A program made the position numbers and the translations under genes. Of a DNA stretch of 64,000 bases, positions 56,384 to 64,000 are shown piece by piece. Under the pieces are notes generated by a model. That model saw only the letters and a program-made list of their open reading frames with translations. It made no database searches and was not told the origin of the DNA. Within the stretch, counting starts at the first letter, position 1. Each line of letters starts with the position of its first letter. Location: positions 181,565-245,564 of the forward strand of contig OZ241847.1 in NCBI GenBank assembly GCA_965202915.1. The letters run 5' to 3'. This DNA is from Gammaproteobacteria bacterium. Its GTDB lineage: Bacteria; Pseudomonadota; Gammaproteobacteria; Eutrophobiales; Eutrophobiaceae.

Positions 56384-57583
56384 ATGCAAAAGGCGGTCAG
56401 AGATTTTTCTTCCAGTGGTGGGGTTTCCTATAAGGAGATTCCATTGCCCGGCGTTGACAATGGCGAGGCGCTTGCGCGAATTGCGGCCAGCATCAACGTG
56501 TCGGGTAACCCGCATTGGGATCTGATATTGGAGCAAAAAAAGAGCGGCGGCAGTCACCCTGTACTTTATCTGCATTCGGTGGATATGACGGCATTGCGGG
56601 AATATCTGCAAACCCTGGTCAAGGAAACCTCGGATGAGGTACTGGTGGACGGCATTTTGAACGCGATAGAGAACGTCAGAAGTTATGGAGTACGCGGCGG
56701 GCGACGGGTATATGCGGGGTATAACGCCGAACGAAAAGTGGCGGGCAGGAAAGATAAGGAAAAGGCGAGGGGGAAATATTTTTATGCCGCCGGCGGTGAT
56801 TATAATGAGACCAGGAATCAATATCCCTGCGAATATGAAAATAAAATCATCTGCCGGGATAGCGGCGAGTTCCTCAAAAATCTGCCCGATAACTGCGTTG
56901 ATTTGGTATTCACCTCCCCCCCGTATAACTTTGGTCTGGACTATGCGGCGGATGAGGATGACGCCACCGATTGGAGTGCTTATTTTGACAGGCTTTTTTC
57001 GGTATTGGACGAGTGCATACGGGTTTTAGTATTTGGGGGGCGGCTGATCATCAACGTGCAGCCGCTGTATTCCGATTATATTCCGTCGCATCATATTATC
57101 AGCAATTATCTGGCGAACGAAAAAAAACTAATATGGAAAAGCGAAATTCTGTGGGAGAAAAATAATTACAATTGCAAGTACACGGCCTGGGGAAGCTGGA
57201 AGAGTCCTTCCAATCCGTATATGAAGTACAGTTGGGAATTTCTTGAAGTCTTTTGCAAGGGTTCACTAAAGAAACCGGGGGAAAAAGACAACGCCGATAT
57301 ATCCGGGGATGATTTCAAGCAATGGGTTTATGCAAAATGGTCTATAGCGCCGGAAAGAAATATGACCCGGTACGGTCATCCCGCGATGTTTCCGGAGGAG
57401 TTGGCGCATCGGGTTTTGACCCTGTTCAGTTTTAAGGACGATATGGTCCTGGATCCGTTCAATGGCGCGGGAACGACCTGCGTGGCGGCTAAAAAAACCG
57501 GGCGCCGTTATCTGGGCATAGACGTTTCAAAGGAATACTGTGTTGTGTCCGAGCGGCGGCTTGCTGAGCTTTTGGATTTGTAA
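56384..57583 (+). CDS. Orphan beta-class DNA methyltransferase (SPPY type, N4-cytosine or N6-adenine) with an unassigned N-terminal ~150 aa
   Basis: Motif IV FTSPPYNFG precedes motif I VLDPFNGAGTT, which is the beta permutation. ATG at 56384 with GGAGGG upstream; the track ORF opens at GTG 56345. No restriction enzyme gene is adjacent. Confidence 0.85.
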   Translation: MQKAVRDFSSSGGVSYKEIPLPGVDNGEALARIAASINVSGNPHWDLILEQKKSGGSHPVLYLHSVDMTALREYLQTLVKETSDEVLVDGILNAIENVRSYGVRGGRRVYAGYNAERKVAGRKDKEKARGKYFYAAGGDYNETRNQYPCEYENKIICRDSGEFLKNLPDNCVDLVFTSPPYNFGLDYAADEDDATDWSAYFDRLFSVLDECIRVLVFGGRLIINVQPLYSDYIPSHHIISNYLANEKKLIWKSEILWEKNNYNCKYTAWGSWKSPSNPYMKYSWEFLEVFCKGSLKKPGEKDNADISGDDFKQWVYAKWSIAPERNMTRYGHPAMFPEELAHRVLTLFSFKDDMVLDPFNGAGTTCVAAKKTGRRYLGIDVSKEYCVVSERRLAELLDL

Positions 57584-57690
57584 ATTTATAGACCTGAATT
57601 TTTTAAGAGTTTGGGTCCGCATTTGTTCAAAAAAGCCGTGGCAACAATTCAGCCACTGACGCCGGGGCGGATTGATTTTATACAGGGCCC

Positions 57691-60600
57691 TTACGGGCTC
57701 CATTCACGCCAGCCCCGTAGCAGGGGGAAATACAGCCCCAGCTTGATTTGGCCGTCATCCATGGCCCCCATCAGGCCGGCGTATTTTGTCAACTGGTCCC
57801 GGTGTCGTTGCTGTTCATGGTTGAGGAAAGTGTCCATATCCGGGCCTTCGTGGCGGCTGGTTTTATAGTCGATGATCCAGCGCACGCCGTCTTCATCGAC
57901 AAAGGTGCGATCGATAACGGCGTTGATCAGCCTGCCCTGGAACAGTCCGCTCAACGGGTATTCATTGTGTTGGTTTTTATGGTCATTGAGGATCCAGCGG
58001 CCGCGCTCATCTCGCAGGGTGTTACTGAGTGCCTCTGCAATTTGGCCGCAGGCCCAGTCTATTTCCTGGTCCGGCACTCCCTGTTGTTGCAACAGGGTTA
58101 CAAAACGTGCGTTGTTTTGTCCGATTCTCGCGGCGTTCCATTGGTCGGCGCCCTGTTCCGCGATCTGTTTCAGGAATTGATGCACCACCATCCCGATCTG
58201 CCTGATGGTCTCACCGGCCCACTGGTATTCGATGGCGATATATTCCGGCTCGGCCTCGGTCGCGTTGTGTTTGCCCGCCCACTCTATTGGGGGATCGGGA
58301 GACGGGCACCGCCAGTCCTGATGGAGTCGGTGCAGATGATTGTTGATGGTTGTGCCGGGGTTGGCCGTATCCGCGGCAATTTGTTTTGGCATGGCCGCCT
58401 CGTATTGTTGCCGCAATACCGGCCAGAGATGGTGTAATAAGGAGTGTGGCGCGGGGCTACAGTGGCTGTCACCGTTTTGATTCGGTTTTAATGCGGCGTG
58501 ACCCAGCAGATGCAGCGAGATTCTGGCACGGGTTGCGGCCACGTACAGCAATCGTATTTCCTCATAATGCTGCTTTTTTTGTTCCAGATGTTGGAGGTAT
58601 TGGTAGATCGGGGGCTTTGTTTCCCCGGCCTGTTTTATCGGCGCCAGGATTAAGTCATCTCCCTGTCGCCGATTCGGCTTTAACGTCCATTTTAATAAGT
58701 CAGTCTGTCCGCGTTTTTGAACGTGTCCCAGACCCGGCAGGATAATATGGTCAAATTCCAGCCCTTTGGCTTTGTGTATGGTCATGATCTGCAGGATATT
58801 GCCGGATTGTTTATCGGGGGCGGCATATAATTGCTGCACCTTGTCCATAAATCGCTGTGGGTCATCTATTTCACCGCCGCGGTCAAATTGCTCCAATAAT
58901 TCAAAATAGGTGTTGATATTGTCGAGATCATTTTCCACCGTCAGGGCCGCCGCGCCCCCCAGGCTGATCCACAGGGTTTCGATTATTTTTCTTAATGGTC
59001 GCCGCTGCCGGGCGTCAAAGGCCGCGCTAAAACATTTGATCAGCCTTTGCAATCTTGCCGCGGCCCGTTGATCCAGCCGTTGTTGTCGTTTTGGATCGGT
59101 GATCGCGGGCCATATCGTGCTGCTGCTTTCATGGTTGACCAGGCTGTGCAGGTCCTGTAACGACAGGCCGCACCAGGGGGCGCGTAATACCGCCAGCCAG
59201 GCTGTACGGTCGGCCGGATGGATATAGGCGCGGGTCAATGCCAATATGTCCTGTATCGCCGGCCGTTGGCCCAATGCATCGATCTCTATCGCCTGAAAGG
59301 GCAGGTCGTGGTTTCTTAACTGCGGCACCAGTTCATTTAAATGCCTGCGGTTGCGCACCAATATTGCGATACCGGCGTCCGGGTTGTCGCGTCTGATTGT
59401 CCCGATGATATTCCGCACCTGCCGCGCCTCCTTTACCCCGGCATGGTTAAACAATGGATGCGGGTTGACGGCGCCACCGGCACCGGCTTGATCCTGCTGG
59501 ACGATGGATGGGCTGTAACGCACCGCCCCGGCGGCAATATCATCCTGAGCGGGCAGTATTCCGGCAAAGCTGTCATTGACCCAGGCGACTATGCCCGGCA
59601 AAGATCGGAAATTAACCGATAACCGTAGCGGCGTTAATGGTATTTGTCCCAGACACCGTTGCTGAAAGGTTTTCATAAACAGCCCCACCTCGGCCTGCCG
59701 AAATCGGTAGATGGACTGCATCGGGTCTCCCACCAGGAATAGACTGCGATCTTCATCCGCCCCCCAGGCGCCGGTGAGTTGGGTGATTAACCGGTACTGG
59801 TTAATTGAAATATCCTGAAATTCATCCACCAGCAGATGTTTGATTTGATAATCCAGGTGCAGGGCCAGATCGGTCGGCGCATCCTCTTCACCCAGCGCGT
59901 CAATTGCCGCCTGAGCCATGCCGATGTAATCGATTTGATTGCGTTCCGCGAAACATAATCGCAGTTGTGCCGCGGCGACTTTCAGACAGGTGCATAAGGC
60001 CCGTACCATTTGCCACTCATTGTCATCATAGCGTGCCGGCGGTAATGCCTTTATTGCCGCAAGCCGGTCCCGCAGCCCATCCACTTGTTGTAACTGTGCG
60101 CTCAGGTCAGCAATGCGTTGTTTCATGTCGGCGCGTTCCTTGCTCTTCTGCGGGTTGTCCCTGGGAGCGGGAAATCCATTGCGCTTGTTAAACGACTTTC
60201 TCCAGGTATCGTCCCCGGTTAGTAATAGTGCCGCTATGCTTAGCCATTGCCCCAGGTCCTCGGCCTGTTGCCCCGGCAGGGTGGCGGATTCATGGTGAAC
60301 AGGCTCGGCGACGTTATTTTCCCGGATTAGATTGCCGGCGGCGAAACGCAGAATATCGCAAAGCTCGGCTTCAACTGCACGCGGGAATACGGCTATAAGA
60401 TCGCCAAGCTGTTCCTCAATGGCATTTTTTAATGACTGTTCCAGTTCCGTGCGCACCTGCGTTTGGGTCACATGGTGCAGCCATTGATCACGCTTTTTTA
60501 ACATCTCCACGATCAGGCCTGTAATGCGTTGCAGATCGTTGTCCAGATGCGACAGCAGGCAGGCAATCTCATCGGCATAGTCGGCGTCAGTTTCGAGTTC

Positions 60601-61158
60601 GGCGAGGGTATTGATTGCCGCCTGTTGATATAAAGGCTCGGCGTCGTCGACGATCTCCGGCTGTGTGCCAAGGCGCGACAGCATCGGCATTTGTTTCGCC
60701 AGGCCGGCACAGAGTGAATCGATGGTTTGTACACGCAAACGCACCGGATTGTCGCTGAGCTCCCAGTTCTGTTGTTGATCCTGCGTTAATACCCTCCGCG
60801 CCAGCTCCCAGGTTTGCCGCTGGTGGGGGCTTTGCGGCGGCCGCCCGGTTTTAACGGCCTTAATCGCCGTCAGGATTCGGCTTTGCATTTCCCCGGCGGC
60901 TTTGCGGGTAAAGGTGACGGCAATGATCTCTTCCGGCGAGTCGACCAGGGCCAGTAAGCGCAGATAGCGCTGGGTCAATAATTCGGTTTTACCCGATCCG
61001 GCCGGCGCTTGAATAATGAATGACCGTTGGGGATCGATAGCCTGTCGGCGCTGTTGCTGATCGGGCGGTTGCATTAGCGTCCCCGGTTTATTGGCGTCGT
61101 GTGGTTCATATCTGTACGCCGGTCTTTTCATGGATGCGGCACAGGGCGTGCAGATCAC
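57691..61158 (-). CDS. UvrD-family helicase with C-terminal PD-(D/E)XK nuclease (AddA/RecB-like)
   Basis: Walker A APAGSGKTE and DEFQD are present, along with UvrD motifs. The C-terminal nuclease segment is IDRTFVDEDGVRWIIDYKTS. The likely true start is the ATG at 61074 (MQPPDQQ...). Confidence 0.88.
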   Translation of the reverse strand: MICTPCAASMKRPAYRYEPHDANKPGTLMQPPDQQQRRQAIDPQRSFIIQAPAGSGKTELLTQRYLRLLALVDSPEEIIAVTFTRKAAGEMQSRILTAIKAVKTGRPPQSPHQRQTWELARRVLTQDQQQNWELSDNPVRLRVQTIDSLCAGLAKQMPMLSRLGTQPEIVDDAEPLYQQAAINTLAELETDADYADEIACLLSHLDNDLQRITGLIVEMLKKRDQWLHHVTQTQVRTELEQSLKNAIEEQLGDLIAVFPRAVEAELCDILRFAAGNLIRENNVAEPVHHESATLPGQQAEDLGQWLSIAALLLTGDDTWRKSFNKRNGFPAPRDNPQKSKERADMKQRIADLSAQLQQVDGLRDRLAAIKALPPARYDDNEWQMVRALCTCLKVAAAQLRLCFAERNQIDYIGMAQAAIDALGEEDAPTDLALHLDYQIKHLLVDEFQDISINQYRLITQLTGAWGADEDRSLFLVGDPMQSIYRFRQAEVGLFMKTFQQRCLGQIPLTPLRLSVNFRSLPGIVAWVNDSFAGILPAQDDIAAGAVRYSPSIVQQDQAGAGGAVNPHPLFNHAGVKEARQVRNIIGTIRRDNPDAGIAILVRNRRHLNELVPQLRNHDLPFQAIEIDALGQRPAIQDILALTRAYIHPADRTAWLAVLRAPWCGLSLQDLHSLVNHESSSTIWPAITDPKRQQRLDQRAAARLQRLIKCFSAAFDARQRRPLRKIIETLWISLGGAAALTVENDLDNINTYFELLEQFDRGGEIDDPQRFMDKVQQLYAAPDKQSGNILQIMTIHKAKGLEFDHIILPGLGHVQKRGQTDLLKWTLKPNRRQGDDLILAPIKQAGETKPPIYQYLQHLEQKKQHYEEIRLLYVAATRARISLHLLGHAALKPNQNGDSHCSPAPHSLLHHLWPVLRQQYEAAMPKQIAADTANPGTTINNHLHRLHQDWRCPSPDPPIEWAGKHNATEAEPEYIAIEYQWAGETIRQIGMVVHQFLKQIAEQGADQWNAARIGQNNARFVTLLQQQGVPDQEIDWACGQIAEALSNTLRDERGRWILNDHKNQHNEYPLSGLFQGRLINAVIDRTFVDEDGVRWIIDYKTSRHEGPDMDTFLNHEQQRHRDQLTKYAGLMGAMDDGQIKLGLYFPLLRGWREWSP

Positions 61159-63745
61159 AATATTGACAGGCCTGCGGGTCTTTGGGGTTGACCTCCGCCC
61201 GGCCCTGCCGGAAATTTTCAGCCAGCACCGTGAGTGTTTGCCGCCATTGCTGCAGTTGTTCCATCCAGGCAGCCTCTTGGGGTCGCTTTACTTTGGGAAT
61301 CAAGTCCTCATCTTTGGCTATGCCGATAAATCGCATTTCGCCGCGCTTGACCCTGGCGAAAACCACCGCGGCAATATGGCCTTCGGTGGTGATTGCATAT
61401 AACGGCAGTTGCGGTTCTTTGGGGCGTTCGGTTTGCCAATCGTCGATAGTGGCGGCACCGGTCTTATAATCAATAATAAGCAGTTCGCCATCGGCCGATT
61501 GGTCGATCCGGTCAATTTGCATCCGGATCTCGATATCGTTAAACCGCCGTTCATGTCGTTGTTCCGTCGCTATAACCTTGAACGGCGGGCGCTCGCGTTC
61601 CAATGCCAGCCATTCGCTTATTAAGGTTACCAGCCGCCGGTCTTCCAATTGAGTAAAGCGGGGGGTGAACATTGACGGTCTTTTTGCCGCCCACTGTCTC
61701 AGAGTTGCGGCGACAACCTCCCGGATCAATTTATCCGTCTCCTGTTGCGATTGTTGCCTGAGCCGGTCCGAGGTTTTTAATCGTTGCCAAAGGTGCTGCA
61801 ATATCTTATGCACCAGCAGACCGCGTTCCGCGGCATCAAGGCCAATATTCTGTTGCGCCAGGCCGTCGGCATGCAGCCGGTGTTTGGCGAACGACTTAAA
61901 CGGACACGCGGCCTGATCTTTGAATATTGCAGTGCCGCCGCGGACTATGTTTTCCCGGGTGATGGCCGGCGCCCGGTCATCGGTAAAGGTCTCTAATTTT
62001 TGTGACTTAAAGATCGCAGTCTTGAAATCGTCCCGGTTGGCCCGGTTGGCGTTGTCGAGCCGGCTTGCATCATTTAAAAACCGGGTAATTAACGGGCTGG
62101 GGCGTAATTGTCGGTCATGGTCGTGTTCGGCGTAGCTGTAAACCACTTCCCCGGCTGAATCGGTTAATTGTTGGGTGATTTGCTTTGCCAGTTGGTATTG
62201 TTGTTTCGCAGTCGCGGCGGGCAGGTCCGCCTCGGTTTGCAGCTTGAGCGGAATAAATGGATCGGGTTTGGCCGCCGGCGGCCATTGTTGATCGTGCATG
62301 CCCAGCACCCACAAGTGATCAAATTGCATCCCGGCGGCACCGGTCGGGCCTAAAATCTGCACCGGGGTTTCCGCAGTTTGCGGCTGGAAATTGCGATCTG
62401 CAATAATCCATGACAGTCGCGATAACGCCGATTGGCAGGCGACCGCCGGGCTGATTTGATCCAAACTGGCAAGCTGTTGCAACGCGGCCTGCCAGGCCTG
62501 GATGATTTGGTGTTCGTCACTGTTCAGGGGGCGGTCTCCCGGCCAGCCCAACAGCGTCAACCAGTGGGCAAATGTCTTTGCCCAATCACGCAGGGATTGT
62601 GATTCGGGACTGTTTGCATGGTGTATATGGAATGCCTTGAAGTGCCTGATAAATATTTTGCACTGTGGATGGGGTTGGTTTTGTTGTGCCGCCAGCCGCA
62701 GTAAGGTCGCTGGCGTCAGGCTTTGTTCGCCGTATTTGCGCAGGTATGAGTCAAAGCGGGCGCGCTCAAACTGCTCCACCTCTCTTCCCGATATATACGG
62801 TGACAGCAATATCGTACTTAGCCGGCTTAATGGGATCCTGCCCATGGCCAATTTCAGCAACGCCATCGCGGTGTGAACGATGCCATAATCCGATAACGGT
62901 TTGCCCAAGGCAATGGTATAGGGCTTAACTTCGCTTCCCTCAAATTGCATCAATGATCCGGGGGCGAGGGCGTTGGAAAATTCATTTTCGATATGGCTGC
63001 GCCGTGAGTGCAGGTCGAGTGAAACTATGCCTATGCTGGCCTCAGGGCAGGCCGTTAATTTTTGTTTTGCCCATAGCGCCGCGCGGCTGATCTCCAGGCG
63101 GTTATCAGGGGCGGCGTATGCCAGAACGGACTGGTTTTGTTTCCGAATTGTGGCGGTGCTGACCCGGCAGCCTTTGGCTATTAATGCCTTAATCAACGTC
63201 TGTTGTTGCAAGGTGTGGCGATCAAAGCCGTACAATACAATATGTCGACCGGCCTGGTGGGGCAGGTTTTTGGCGATATGATCGGCCAGATTGGCGTCAT
63301 CCACCCAGTTATTTCCGGCCAGTGTGTGTTCATAGTCCTGCGCCCAGGTCTTAAAGGCGCAGGCATCATCATTCAGATGCACATTATCGGGAAATATGGC
63401 GAGCTCGGCACTTTTACAAATCCGGTAGCTACGCATTGCAAGCCTTGCCGTTGCCAGTGGCTGCAGGCACTGACCGGCGAAATCCGATTGCCGCACCGCC
63501 TGTTGCCATAAAATTTGCTGCTGGCAACCATTCAATAAAATCGGCCGCCGTTCCGTCATCAGCGACGTATCCCGCCATTCGCGATTACACCAGACAGCCC
63601 AGGGCAGAACACTCGGCGTTTCCCATGCTCGCTTGCCCGCCTGTAATTGCAGCGTGGCATAGCGATGGTGCAGATGACGGCTTAAACGCTGCGTCGGGGT
63701 AATGATCTCGGCGGCATCGTATATATATTGAATTACATCCTGCAT
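61106..63745 (-). CDS. PD-(D/E)XK nuclease partner protein (AddB-like probable DNA repair protein)
   Basis: 879 aa. The C-terminal nuclease segment is IDRIDQSADGELLIIDYKTG, followed by a Cys cluster ...CQYCDLHALC. It lies immediately upstream of the helicase gene. Confidence 0.8.
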   Translation of the reverse strand: MQDVIQYIYDAAEIITPTQRLSRHLHHRYATLQLQAGKRAWETPSVLPWAVWCNREWRDTSLMTERRPILLNGCQQQILWQQAVRQSDFAGQCLQPLATARLAMRSYRICKSAELAIFPDNVHLNDDACAFKTWAQDYEHTLAGNNWVDDANLADHIAKNLPHQAGRHIVLYGFDRHTLQQQTLIKALIAKGCRVSTATIRKQNQSVLAYAAPDNRLEISRAALWAKQKLTACPEASIGIVSLDLHSRRSHIENEFSNALAPGSLMQFEGSEVKPYTIALGKPLSDYGIVHTAMALLKLAMGRIPLSRLSTILLSPYISGREVEQFERARFDSYLRKYGEQSLTPATLLRLAAQQNQPHPQCKIFIRHFKAFHIHHANSPESQSLRDWAKTFAHWLTLLGWPGDRPLNSDEHQIIQAWQAALQQLASLDQISPAVACQSALSRLSWIIADRNFQPQTAETPVQILGPTGAAGMQFDHLWVLGMHDQQWPPAAKPDPFIPLKLQTEADLPAATAKQQYQLAKQITQQLTDSAGEVVYSYAEHDHDRQLRPSPLITRFLNDASRLDNANRANRDDFKTAIFKSQKLETFTDDRAPAITRENIVRGGTAIFKDQAACPFKSFAKHRLHADGLAQQNIGLDAAERGLLVHKILQHLWQRLKTSDRLRQQSQQETDKLIREVVAATLRQWAAKRPSMFTPRFTQLEDRRLVTLISEWLALERERPPFKVIATEQRHERRFNDIEIRMQIDRIDQSADGELLIIDYKTGAATIDDWQTERPKEPQLPLYAITTEGHIAAVVFARVKRGEMRFIGIAKDEDLIPKVKRPQEAAWMEQLQQWRQTLTVLAENFRQGRAEVNPKDPQACQYCDLHALCRIHEKTGVQI

Positions 63746-64000
63746 CGGCTATTTGCCAATCTGTCTAACACTGAATAAGTGCCGGCCAAGTGTGCCATGG
63801 TTAAAGCTCTGCATGTGTATTATTACAATCCCGGTAAGTCTGCAATGACGGCGTGTTTGCCGCCGATTTACACCCTTGTATTTTATCGAGCTCGCGACTG
63901 TCTCCCGACGACCACGTCGTTGCGAGTGAGGTATCTCATTATCAACTATTTTCACAAACACGCCAAGATAATGGTGGTCGACCCGGAGATCGCCCTCGCT

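Noticed and set aside
56309-56821. A 170-aa antisense ORF over the 5' part of the methyltransferase gene, raising the question whether the methyltransferase N-terminal extension is real.
   Set aside because: The antisense translation is Ile/Arg/Pro-rich junk. The sense frame is open continuously into the catalytic domain and has a good RBS at the 56384 ATG.
1-64000. CRISPR arrays, insertion sequences, integrons, prophage genes, toxin-antitoxin pairs and rRNA genes.
   Set aside because: I read through all intergenic regions and found no regularly spaced repeats. The only tandem DNA repeats are the 13-mer pair at 28048 and the intragenic 1.2-kb array. No transposase- or integrase-like ORFs are present.
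63971-64000. A possible gene start (ATGGTGGTCGACCCGGAGATCGCC...) at the right edge of the window.
   Set aside because: Only 10 codons are visible and there is no clear RBS, which is too little to call.

Overview
This 64-kb chromosomal window comes from a moderately GC-rich Gram-negative bacterium. It is probably a gammaproteobacterial methylotroph or methanotroph-like organism; I infer this from mtdA plus fch, the pcnB-folK-panBCD gene order, and lpxH, ampD and an OprI-like lipoprotein. Most of the window is ordinary housekeeping. It holds dxs, pgi, gcvTHP followed by an alanine/glycine:cation symporter, hemJ, thiDE, hemL, pcnB-folK-dNK-panBCD and nadC. It also holds an egtC/egtB-like pair, ampD, lpxH, cysS, icd-aceK, cysG, an AddAB-like helicase-nuclease pair and five tRNA genes. 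Two adjacent accessory segments stand out. The first (41.67-47.29 kb) is a 1873-aa secreted repeat protein. Its 5' end carries a 25-nt poly-C tract between the only usable start codons and the signal peptide, which suggests a slipped-strand ON/OFF switch. Its body contains near-identical repeats of about 1.2 kb. The second (about 47.3-51.4 kb) is an AT-rich minus-strand cassette behind a near-consensus promoter. It encodes a P450 C-terminal stub, two paralogous proteins of a family I cannot recognise, and a large cytoplasmic DyP-type peroxidase. The cassette is bracketed by two copies of a 120-130 nt sequence. One copy is the 3' half of a small secreted twin-CX3CX6C protein gene, and the other is a nonsense-mutated remnant directly after the giant gene. 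This cassette is my best candidate for an undescribed system. I also found an unlisted 54-aa rubredoxin gene (below the ORF-track cutoff), an orphan SPPY-type DNA methyltransferase with an unknown N-terminal extension, a Ser/Thr kinase fused to a cNMP-binding domain, and an HNH nuclease translationally coupled to a small secreted protein. All family assignments rest on motif recognition by eye, and no database search was possible.
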